This document shows positions 52,457 through 63,584 of a stretch of 64,000 nt of DNA, one piece after another. Position 1 is the first letter of the stretch, and each line of letters starts with the position of its first letter. The notes beneath the pieces are model-generated. The model made no database searches. It saw nothing but the letters and a program-made list of their open reading frames with translations, and was not told the DNA's origin. Both the position numbers and the translations under genes were made by a program. The DNA comes from Antedon mediterranea (Eukaryota > Animalia > Echinodermata): contig NC_092680.1 in the NCBI RefSeq assembly GCF_964355755.1, forward strand, positions 6,076,001 through 6,140,000. The letters are read 5' to 3'.

Positions 52457-53315
52457 AGTGGTAATGTAGACCTATATGACCCTTTTAAGTTAAGCACAAC
52501 GTAATAATGAAAACAATTGACTGAAATGTATTCGAATAAGGAAGTGATATTGAAATATCAAGTAATTGGATCAAATTAAAATAGTCATCACTTTTTTCGG
52601 ACGAAACAATATCATATGTTAATTTATCTCTAATATGACAACAGCAGACGGCACAAATAATGTCGCATCTCTAATATGAACGATCAAAGCTGAATCTTCC
52701 CATGAAGACCTTGCACTGTTGGCTGTCGTGGGTCCATGGAGGACCTAATCCGAATTTCCTCAGTTTCCAGTTAAGCATTGAGGACAAAATATAAATACCT
52801 TTACCTTTATAATATAGGACTTCGTATAGTCGGTAGTTTGTGAATTTTAAACCCACACCCTCACCTGCTTTAATTAGGCCTAGCCTACTCGTAGATAACT
52901 TTCACTTTTATTGTACAGTATCTATATCAGTTTTAACCAATCAGCGATTATTTCCAATCGCCGCCTTATATCCTGAATGCGCTCGCATGTTTTGGTTTCG
53001 TTATATAAGCGATCTCCGGTCCAAATAAAGTATTTTAAACAAGTTTAATACATTTAATAGTTTTGGTCCTTAATTTGTCTATATCAAACTAGTTGATCGT
53101 TGATACCAATACTACAGTTAGTACGAAGCAAGAAAATATGATCTACATTATGAGTGTGATATTGATTTATTGCTGACTTTCAAGAGAAAATATAAAGTTA
53201 GCTAAATATAGAGTTATCCAAACATGTTCTATATTGTCAAAATCACAAATGTATTTGAATCTTCTAAAATGTTCCTTTTACTGTATTTCATCAGTTTTGT
53301 ATATTTTCTTGTTGC

Positions 53316-55739
53316 TTAATCAACATCTTTGTCCCTATCATTATAGTCCATCTCCATTTCAAAAGAGTTAGACCGATTTACATTTATCTTGACTAGACCA
53401 CTGAATATGGCGTATCCAACCATCATGGCAGAAGCAAACAGGACAGAAAAGACTTGATTTCGACGTTTATGTTCCTCATCGAATGTATCTGTATTTGAAC
53501 TTTTATTTGGCTTGTTTTGCTCAGGTTCATCTGTAAAAAAATATTGATATCCATTTTAACTAACTTACTAGTTAGGATATATAAGCGTTGTGGTAGAGTG
53601 GTTAGAACATGTTGAGACCAGCATGAAGAAAGGGTTCAATTTCTAATAAGAATAACTCCCAGGTCATTCAGCTGAATGAGTACTTGCTTGAAAATCTACG
53701 GAGGATAAGGTGGCGTGGAAAGGAACTGACCACCCTACCATATAATGTGAAGGCCTAGCTAGTACAATGAGCTTTTAACAGCTCATTACAATGTGAAGGC
53801 CTAGCTAGTACAATGAGCTTTTAACAGCTCATTACAATGTGAAGGCCTAGCTAGTACAATGAGCTCTTAACAGCTCATTACGTTCAGAAAAAAAACCTTT
53901 GAACATGACAATAAGGTACCTTGTCAGCATGGTCCTACTTACCAAATGGGACATCTGGGAAATACCGCTGTTGAATACGACTCACAAGCCTGCATAGGTT
54001 GTCGCATGCCTTTAGATGGGACTGTAGCTCAGCATTTGGTAATGGGGCTCGTAGCAATGGGGCTAAGTAACCAAATACAGCGGCATCTAATGATGTAGGC
54101 CTGTCAATCAAATTACATAGAGTACAGTTAACAAAAAAATACACATGGGTTGACAAATCTGCTATTAAAAAATTACAATTTTTCTAATGTGAAATACATG
54201 TGGCTTAAACCAACTTGCTAGCATGAATAAGTTATTATTATTATTATTTCTGGGGATAAATGCCTTATTTCTTCTCAGGAAACTTTTTTGAAGCATTCAT
54301 ACTTACATATCACCAAAAAAGAAAGATTTCTCCTCAAGTCGTTCTGATAATAAGTTGATACAACTTTTTGCTTTTTTAAAAATCTAAAAAAAAAGTTATA
54401 TTATTATAACATTTATTATCATATGAAAATGAATGGTCAAATGAGGATATTGAATTATCTACTATAGTTTCACGACACCTACAATTTGTTTCAATTCTCC
54501 GTCTGTCAGATGTGGCCCTCCATACATAGTTTCAACACGTTCTTGACTGTATCGTTGCCATCTACCAGGGGTTATAAAATTAAAAGGAAAGGAGAGGGCT
54601 TTTGCATAAACTGGACGGAAAACATCAACATAATTTTTTGCATCGATCCAATAGACTTGAAGCTGTAAAGTAAGAAAAAAAAAACCAGAATTTATTATTA
54701 CTTAATACAATATATTTGTATTTATAATGATGATATGTTAACTGAGTTGTTCTACCACCAGAACAAATAAAGGAGAGCCTTGTGCCAATTTTATTATGAA
54801 TCATATTTAAAATACAATTTTGGCTAGTTTCAGGTAGTCCAGCTTCAATCAGGATCATCAGCTATTCATTGAGTCACGGCTGTATCAATCTAATAATGAT
54901 GCTACCAGACCATTACTCTACTGTTGTGCTTTTTACATGATGTCTCTTGTTCTTTTTTTCACATTTTCTATAAAACCTCTTACCCATCCATGTTAGTTAT
55001 ACCCACACTCTACTAATCATCATTACAGTAGTTGTTCTTACCAGGGCAGGGAGAAGTCTCTCTTCTAGAAATGCCTGAAATGCTAGGATATCAGCTCGTT
55101 GGCAATCGGTCAACTCTTTGTCTGAATCAAACCCTTTACTTCGGAGATGATCAATAATGTCATTCTTTCCTTCAAATATTTGTTCATCTGATATCAATAT
55201 CGGATTATTTCCTAGAAAATAGTATCGGCATAATTAATAACAAATTCTAAAAAACTTTTTTTAAATTTTTTTTTACCATAAGATATTGAAATCAAACATA
55301 CACTAAATGTGCCTAAACTGACCTTTTAAATTACTCCGAATGTCAAAATCATTTTCCAGTTTTATTGGCGCTCCAGAAAACTTTGCATAAGCCTGAAAAG
55401 ATGAGAATATCAAGGTAAAGTATGCTTGTTTTTAATGTAATCTACTACTACTACTGTACCCTAGGCCTACTACTATACTATTAGTGCAGTATCACGGGCC
55501 ACCGCACGGCAGGCTTGCTATCTCTCGGTAGGGGTTGGGTACCGTTAGTATAGGCCTAGACTAGGAGACTTAAACGGCCATGCTAAACATTGCTACACTT
55601 TATATTGCAATACCACCGTCGTATATGCTACATACAAAGCAATTTAATATATAAATACCATTAAATATAGGCATCTAGTATCAATAGAAGGAAGGCCCCA
55701 ATTGCCCTTCCAAATTTTCATCCGCATGTTCGTTTCCAT
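53316..55739 (-). CDS. MTX1: Metaxin-1(/3), mitochondrial outer-membrane SAM complex component, 7 exons, ~316 aa
   Basis: Exons 55739-55659, 55392-55323, 55211-55042, 54662-54483, 54383-54307, 54100-53943, 53530-53316 (951 nt, GT-AG). Motifs [44 protein letters not shown] and a C-terminal anchor [25 protein letters not shown]. An alternative in-frame ATG lies at 55754. Confidence 0.94.
53584..53900 (+). mobile_element. tRNA-derived SINE (Meta/Deu-like core) with internal 42-bp x3 repeat, in the last metaxin intron
   Basis: A-box tggtagagtgg, B-box ggttcaatt and core cagctgaatgagtac...gataaggtggcgtggaaaggaactgaccacc. The unit aatgtgaaggcctagctagtacaatgagcttttaacagctcattac occurs three times. 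Confidence 0.6.
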
Positions 55740-56036
55740 CTTGGATTTTACCATTACACAAGTAGGTAAAATTACTGAAACTTAAACATTAATATATATT
55801 AGCTTTCGTTTCTTGTTCTAAAATTTCCAAAAACCAGAGAAACTATGTTTTATGTAGCAACCGTATTACCAGTTGTACTTTTAGAGGTCTTTTTTTCTTA
55901 CGTTTTACTGATTTTTGCATTATTATCAACCCCAAAATCAAGATGGGCGTGCCCAGGTAGCCAGAGGTCCCTGGATTTTTTAGTTTGATGAGAGAGAAGT
56001 GTGGTGGTGTGGTGGTAGAGGCAAAACACCAACAAA
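55740..56036. promoter_or_regulatory. Bidirectional promoter shared by MTX1 and ADPGK
   Basis: The divergent start codons are 297 bp apart. YY1-like CAAGATGG occurs at the MTX1 ATG (minus) and at about 55939 (plus). Confidence 0.65.
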
Positions 56037-59000
56037 ATGATTAGTAAATCGTTGTTTATCGGTTTAATATTGATAGCTTTAGCCTACTTTTATGATCGAC
56101 AGATATCTAATAGTAATACATCAACATATAGTACTACCTTCGAAGAAACTACCTTGAAAGCATGGGAGGACACGATAGTCAAGCCATCTCTGCAGATCAC
56201 CAAGGTTGCGATCGGGTCGGTAGCTAGGCTAGACTTACTTAGAACATAAAAGGCCTAGGCCTAGTCCTATAGGCCTAGGCTAGCAAAATACTACTACAAA
56301 ATATATCAAACTTATGATTATATGAATGATAAGTGATATGCACTAGGATCTTTATAAATAAACCCTGTTAACTGTTAGCTGTTATGTTTAGTGTTATAAT
56401 TAATATGTATGGTGTCTAATCATTTCGGCCGCCAGTCATTCCGGCCGCCAGAATCGTCAATATTGTTAATAACGTATGGCACGCCTTAATTGTCAAAAAG
56501 AGTGTATACATGTGCCTATCGCCTGAATAGACGTGTGTAAAATCACACAGCCAATTTATGACTTATGGAGGGATTAGTTTAGTAGTTTTAACTAAAGTAT
56601 TTCGGATTCCAGTATTTCTACACGACTTACTTTATTTCATAGTGGTTTTTTTTGGGGGGGGGGGGGGGGGGAGGGTTGTAGGGCCCAGGAAGAAGCCGGC
56701 GAATGATAGTAAAATAAAATATTGATAGCGCATCTCCATGTAAATCAAAATGTGTGAACTATGATCGTTTTTGTTGATTGCTTGCTGTTTGAATACGCAC
56801 GTCTATTCAGGCAATAGGCACATGTATACGTACACCCTTTTTGACAATTAAGGTGTTCCATACATTAACAATTGACGATTTTGGCGGCCGAAATAAACAA
56901 TACATATTTTGTCCTTTTTGGCGTTTCATGATTTTGGGCGTTCCATAACCGGCGGCCGAAATGACTGGCGGCCGATATGCACTGTGACCATTAATATACA
57001 GATTCATGAGGATACAACAGACAGGAGGGGTATGTGACTGTGATGGGTTGTGTATTTTTTTTTTGGGAGGAGGGGTGTTATTATGTTATGCAAACATTTG
57101 GCAATGCCTAGGACCAAAACCACCATGCATGTAATATTATTTGTTGGGTAATAAACACTGGGAAATTACACTTACAATTATTACTTATATGTAGTAGTAC
57201 ATTATTGGGTAGAAAGTACTTATTTGTTGGGTGACAACTGGTAATGAGTTTTTCCTAAAATTTCTTTTTGTAGACTTAATGTAAATGCAGATTTGATTGT
57301 TTCTGGTACAGCACTACTCATAGCACTGGGTATTGAACCTAAAGAGAAACAAGACCACGCTACTCTACACTCCTTAAATCACTTAGGAGAGACATTTGGA
57401 TTCTTCTTTCGCCAAGGGTCTGGTGGAGAGAGATACTTTAGCAATGGAGAAGTTTATCAACAGATAATAGATGTTGCAAACAAACTACCAAAAAAACAGG
57501 TTGGTTGAAATTATATTTTAGACTTAAACCCTTGTACCAGTTCTATTTGGCGTTGGCACCTAGAGTACTATCTGAAATAGAAGAAGAAGAGAAAGAAAGC
57601 TGGATTGAGATGGGAATAATGGACAATACTGAAAGATAGAGGAACTTATAAATACCATACTATTATTATTATTATTTATCCAGTGCGAAATGGTGTTTTA
57701 AAGTGTTGCTATCTTATTGTTAATTGGTTACTTGGTGTTAGGGATTGGTGATTTTATTTCTTGAATATAAATGCATGATGCATTAGCCTTTCTCATTTTT
57801 TATAACTAGTCAGCGAATATATCTAACATTATGAAATGATTATGTTATGTTTATTTGATGCAGTATTCTCTTGGTGGAAATGCTGGTCTTATGGCTCAGA
57901 AGATAGCAAACACAATGCCAGATGTCCAGGTATGTCTTTTGTATTACTATAGTCACTTTAAGTTCTGTCTACACTATCAAACTGGTTTGACAAAAAAGTG
58001 TGCCCATTATATGGACATGATGATGTCATATCACTACCATATTTGGGCATATCACACTTTTTTTTGTTAGTTTGATGGTGTAGACAGAGCTTTAGACATT
58101 ACATATTAAACATGGCACAGTTATGTAAAACAGCAATATTTATGTGTTGGGTTGATACCAAACATAACCGAAATATAATTTTTTTTTAGATTCAGTTTGT
58201 GGGACCTGTCGGACCAATTGCAGAGAAAATGTTTGCTGACAGTATACAAGTTCCAAATGGGGTCAAGGTTCAAAATGATGAGGTTCACCTAATTATGGAA
58301 TATGCAAGAGGCGAGAAATGGGGCGAGGATGTTGCACCTCTTGCTACCCGCTTTATCACTTCAAATGATATTGCTAATGCGAATCTTATTGGAATTAATA
58401 TGTTTGTGAAAAGTGTTACAGGTAAAAAGATGATCTCAGTTAAAAATTAGTTCTATTTTATATCTTTTTTCTATCTTTATAATTCATTGCTTGCTATATA
58501 ATTTAGCAAGTGTGAATCCTAGATCTTTCAAATCGTGCGTAGCCGCGTGAAAACGAAACATTGACGTTCGATTTTATTTACTGGAGCTGTTGTGAAAGAT
58601 GCTTTAAGCTTGAAACCCTAAATATATGCCGCATATAATATAAATAACATTTGTGAATATTTTGCTTTTCATATTTTTATTTTCAGAGTTTCAACCACAG
58701 TTGATTGTATTGTCTGGACTGCATCTTCTTGATGGTCATTCACAGAAAAAAAGAGTAAAACTGTTAACCAGCATGAGAAATGAAATAACAAAGATGCCAA
58801 AAGACATTCCTATCCATTTAGAACTCGCAAGCATGGCAAACGCAGACTGTTTAGCAGAGATTGTGAAACAGGTGAATAAATACAGAATTGTATATGATAC
58901 AATTTCACAATTATAGTTACAGTACAGTATTTCAATGCAGGAAACTGCATCACTTGTTAAGTAAAGCTCTGTCTACACTAACAAACTTTGCGACAAAAAA

Positions 59001-60389
59001 TGTGACGTGCCCATATATGGACATGATGATGTCATATCACTACCATATTTGAGCATATCACCACCAAATTTGGGCACATTTTGTTAGTAAAATAGTTTGA
59101 TAGTGCAGACGGAGTCTTACTAAAATTACAACCTTATACTTCAAGGTTTTTGTCGCAAATCACAATATATACTACTGTATATAAAACATATCCACTGTCC
59201 CTGTTCAAGGAAATGTACACAATGTATGCAATGCTGTAACCAATTGATTGACTCAAAATTGGACATCTATAATACAGGAAATAATAACATAATGAACATA
59301 TGCAAAAGTATAATTGCAACATTTATTACATATAATGATGATATTGATATGATATCTACATAATGAGCAGAAAATTCCAGGTTTCAATATCGAAGGGGAC
59401 AACCTTTTTTAATTATCACAGATTTCCTCATCAGAACTGTTTCTAAATTGTATATACAGCAGCAGTACTGAATAACCCAGTTTTTTAGTTTCTTTATGCC
59501 TACACATCTATATGCTGTGTTAGGCTCTGTCTACACTATCAAATTAGTTTGACAAAAAAATGCCCAAATATGGTAGTGATATGTCCATCATCATGTCCAT
59601 ATATAGGCACATCACATTTTTTTGTCGCATAAAGTTTGATAGTGTAGACAGAGCTTTAGTTTATTATTGTACAGATAAAAACGTTAAATAATAAGTTTCA
59701 TTATTTAGTGATGAAAACTATAAAATAAAAGGGAGACATTTGTTTTTGACCAAATACTAATACATAGCTTTATTCTGCAAAGGATCATGTCACCAAGTAC
59801 TGTACCAAGATAACAATTTTTCTTTTTTTCTATTTGATAGATTTTTCCAGTAATACACTCTATTGGCTTGAATGAGCAAGAGCTTGTCTTCTTCTCTAAT
59901 GCAAATGGTGGACCACATCAAGATCTGCAACCAGTAAAAGGCTACCCAGAGATTGCAGCGGTCTCTGACATCATCAGCTGGCTTTTCAACAAGTATGCTA
60001 CAGGATCTAGTACTCTGTCTCGTGTTCACTTTCATAGCCTAACGTATCACTTAATAGCAACAAAAAAGAGTGCATGGGAGAACAGCCAATCAGCTGTAGC
60101 TGCAGGAGCACGCGTTGCCGGGGAACAGGCTTGCATGAAAAAACCAATAGACCCATCTCAAGTGGATTTACATATACCTAAAGCATTTAGTCTTTCAGTA
60201 GATAACATTCCATTAAGAAAAACTATAGTTATATATGACCCTGCTAAGCCAGTATCTATATGGGATAGGGATGGGGTAGATTTTGCTTTTAGCCCAGTAC
60301 TTGTATGTAGAAAACCAGGGAATACTGTGGGCCTAGGCGATGCAATATCAGCAACTGGATTGCTTTATTCAATGTATAAGAAAGAATAG
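56037..60389 (+). CDS. ADPGK: ADP-dependent glucokinase, 6 exons, ~478 aa
   Basis: Exons 56037-56215, 57274-57499, 57864-57929, 58190-58421, 58687-58871, 59841-60389 (1437 nt, GT-AG). N-terminal hydrophobic anchor, KVAIGLNVNADL, GGNAGLMA, HLELASM, SIGLNEQEL, RVHFHSL and TVGLGDAISATGL (catalytic Asp motif). Confidence 0.96.
56411..56989. mobile_element. Long-TIR MITE with cggccgcc subterminal repeats in ADPGK intron 1
   Basis: The left arm 56411-56535 and right arm 56798-56989 are inverted copies (ccttaattgtcaaaaag / ctttttgacaattaagg). The TSD is not clean. Confidence 0.75.
57960..58092. mobile_element. Harbinger-like MITE family A copy
   Basis: agttctgtctacactatcaaact ... agtttgatggtgtagacagagct. 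Confidence 0.8.
58964..59117. mobile_element. Harbinger-like MITE family A copy
   Basis: agctctgtctacactaacaaact ... agtttgatagtgcagacggag. Confidence 0.8.
59523..59655. mobile_element. Harbinger-like MITE family A copy (opposite orientation), TTA TSD
   Basis: tta|ggctctgtctacactatcaaa ... tttgatagtgtagacagagct|tta. Confidence 0.8.
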
Positions 60390-61057
60390 GACAATTTGGC
60401 CTCTGAATTTCAATGAATAATTCATTTAAAAAATGCAATATTCCACTTAATATGTCAATGAGTCCTAAGTATTTGTAGTCATTACAAATTAAACAATTCA
60501 ACTAGAGACAGGTTTTTAAGTGAAAGTTCAACTCCATCCAGGGTGGTGGGTTTTTAATTTTCTATGCATGTTTTAAGCATAGTATAGTGACCTAAATAAC
60601 TATATATTTTTATAGACCGTTTTTAAGAAAGTATTCCATTGGCATATAGAAAAATATGTTCTTTACCAGGTAGCTGATTAAAATATTTGATAACTTTTGT
60701 TATTGTGTTAGTGGTGTGATATAAAATGTAGGTACAGTATTAATACACGATTTGTTTACTTTTTCAATTTTTTTAGGTGAAAATTGATACAGAATATTTT
60801 ATTTTGTAATTATAGCTTTGTTCTTTAATGATGAACACGTCATCTATGAATGTGTGCCTATGATTTACAGATGCAAGTTTTAAAATTATGTATTAGGTCA
60901 TTACATTGGTTTCAATGTATTGCTTAGTCCATGGAGAAATAAGTTAACTTATTTCTCCATGCTTAGTCTTAGTTTATTGACTAATGCTTAATATTTTTCA
61001 TAATAAATCTTTTATATTGTTTGAAGGTTTGCATGGTGAAATCAAATGTTGACATAA

Positions 61058-61150
61058 GTTTGCGGTAGAGGACGATCAAAGCATATTGATCGAAACGTCG
61101 AGAAACTCAACCGTTCTTTTCAGAACTAATATACGTGGTGTACTGCAAAC
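61058..61150 (+). mobile_element. Penelope-like terminal-repeat fragment (second copy at ~20257-20312)
   Basis: gaggacgatcaaagcatattgatcgaaacgtcg...ctcaaccgttcttttcagaacta is shared with 20257-20290. It has the GA-N-GA/stem/GAAAC layout typical of Penelope ends. Confidence 0.5.
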
Positions 61151-61643
61151 TTATAGATCAACAATAAACCTTTTGTCACACATGGCGTGTCATACCTATA
61201 AATTCCTGTTGGTGGCACTTTATAATACTGTATTTGTCTGTTTTGTCTATTGCTATTGCATCATGCCAATATTGTTTCAATTTTCCCTGTGAACTTTAAT
61301 TTTGATCATTGAAATAGTGAGAAAAAAAAACAACTGTACGCCTGATGTTTTTCTGCTACTAATATGAAATTTAATTACCAATAGTAATGAGATGTGTGAT
61401 AAATAACATATTCTGTTAACAGCTTTTATTAATTCCAATATAAAACGTTACATTCCTAAGTTAATGAAACATGCAATTAGTATTACTTATTTTTCACACA
61501 ACATAAGACCATAAATATAGGTGTGTGTATAAATCTATTGAGTTGAATAGAGGAAGACTTTTTAAAGTTTTATAATTACCTTTAAGTCACCTCAATAGCC
61601 ACCTTTAAACAAACCGTTGAAAGCAATAAATATTGTAAGTATA

Positions 61644-61860
61644 CTAGAAAGTATCTAAATTATAACTTAAGCAAAATTATAAATTGAAACTAAGTGTATA
61701 AAGAAATAATACAGGACTAGAAAGTATCTAAATTATAACTTAAGCAAAATTATAATTGAAACTAAGTGTATAAAGAAATAATACAGGACTAGAGAGTATC
61801 TAAATTATAACTTAAGCAAAATTATAAATTGAAACCAAGTGTATACAGAAATAATGCAGG
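61644..61860. repeat. Tandem repeat, ~72-bp unit x3
   Basis: ctagaaagtatctaaattataacttaagcaaaattataaattgaaactaagtgtataaagaaataatacagga is repeated. Confidence 0.9.
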
Positions 61861-62498
61861 AACGGTTTCATACACATCCTATAAAGTTATAAAGTGACGT
61901 ATTCAATTTCATCATTGTCTTGACATTGATTTGTTGATCTTTCAGTTTTAAGTACTATAATAAATACAAAAGTATAAAAACATTTGTGATAAAACTTACA
62001 TTTTACAATCATGTCATTGTTAACAATTTAATATATAATTTTAATAGAGTGCTTGGAGGGATAATATATTTTTCGGATTTATTCATACAGTAACAATAAC
62101 AGCCCTTGAGTAAAGAATGTAACTATACTATAGTATACAGTATTATAATCATAAAATTGGGATTATTGATTTGAGATTACAAATACAGTATTGATTAAAA
62201 TTAATATCTACAATATGTTATTAGTTCTGAGATTGATTTTGATATTAATACAAACTTAATACATAACCATACGATTAAAAATTAATATTCTAGTACTACT
62301 ACAGTGGTAGTAGTAGTCTAGTTAAGGCTAGCTATGTAATAGCACCTGCTGTTTAATTAATACTGTTCAATTTATTTATTTACTTATATATTGATCCAAA
62401 TACATTAAATGTAATAAAATTACTTTTTTTGATAAAATTATAACTTTTTCTGGTAATTTTTTGAAATAATTGGGCAAACTTGATTTATAAATTTACAG

Positions 62499-63584
62499 TT
62501 AGGTGTCGTCGACAGGTTCGGCAGAACGATAGCACGTAGGACGGATAACGGTTGCATGTATGAACAATAGCCCACATATAGTTGCATAACCAAGTATGAT
62601 AAATAAAACCTTTAAAACACGGTCTACTGGTTTCGTTATATCCTGGAATTCGTGAGGTAGAACTTCGATAAATGTAATGTACAAGAATGTGCCAGTTGCT
62701 ATACCCTGTAGGATTCCATTTATCAAGCTGTGAATAAAATCGTTTACATCATCAACAGCAATTCCGATCGCAATTCCAATAGGGGCCATGATCGCAAAAC
62801 AAAGACATGATCGAAAGATCGCAGAACGAGATAGATTGCTTTGTACAAGATTTAACCCCAGACTAAAAGCCAACACATTTTTATGGATGATGAGAGCGAT
62901 GAAAATTTGTGTGATCAATGCAGTCGAGTTTTGCAATCCAAGAGCCAAGCCTTCAAAGAGTGAATGTAGGGATAATGCAAAGAGTAACATTAAAGAGTGA
63001 AAGCCTGAACCATCGCCATCTTCATGTCCGTGAGAATGACCATGTGAATGACCATGTGACGAGGCAACCTGCACGCCATTCATGCTCGTCAAAGTGTCTC
63101 TATAAACATGCTCATCATTCGGATGATAGTTATTTGATGCGTACAGACTTCGCTGGTACGCTTCGGTGTCCGCAATTAATGGTGCATTAACGCTTTCAGG
63201 CATAGTACTCTCAGACCGTGTTCGAAGTTCATTTGGCGAAGTTTCTTTTACCATCACAGCAGTTTGTTCAATAATTAAAACAAGAAAAAATCCCATAACC
63301 ATAACAAATTCTGCAAAAGGAAATGCAGTATATTCCTCAAGTTGATCAAACACTAAACTCAGTCTATCTCGTACAGTTGGTAACAAATCTAACAGGCAAG
63401 TTGCGAGAAATACACCACCTCCATAACAACTTAGAAAACTGACAATCCGCAGAGTCTTTTTTCGCTGTTCTTCGTTTTGGTCTTTGCCTAATCTCTTTCT
63501 CAAAGTTATTGGAAGTAATGCAAAAAACAAGCACAAGAAGAAAAGAAGAACTAATATCATAATTTTAAAACCCAGCACATCCAT
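62499..63584 (-). CDS. SLC39A1: ZIP-family zinc transporter (SLC39A1/2/3-like, subfamily II), single coding exon, 361 aa
   Basis: Eight-TM pattern, GGGVFLATCLLDLLP, His-rich loop HGHSHGHSHGH, ALSLHSLFEGLALG, HK motif and GTFLYITFIEVLPHE. A likely 5'UTR splice acceptor lies at about 63611. The paralog assignment (ZIP1 vs ZIP3) is not resolvable. Confidence 0.93.
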   Translation of the reverse strand: MDVLGFKIMILVLLFFLCLFFALLPITLRKRLGKDQNEEQRKKTLRIVSFLSCYGGGVFLATCLLDLLPTVRDRLSLVFDQLEEYTAFPFAEFVMVMGFFLVLIIEQTAVMVKETSPNELRTRSESTMPESVNAPLIADTEAYQRSLYASNNYHPNDEHVYRDTLTSMNGVQVASSHGHSHGHSHGHEDGDGSGFHSLMLLFALSLHSLFEGLALGLQNSTALITQIFIALIIHKNVLAFSLGLNLVQSNLSRSAIFRSCLCFAIMAPIGIAIGIAVDDVNDFIHSLINGILQGIATGTFLYITFIEVLPHEFQDITKPVDRVLKVLFIILGYATICGLLFIHATVIRPTCYRSAEPVDDT

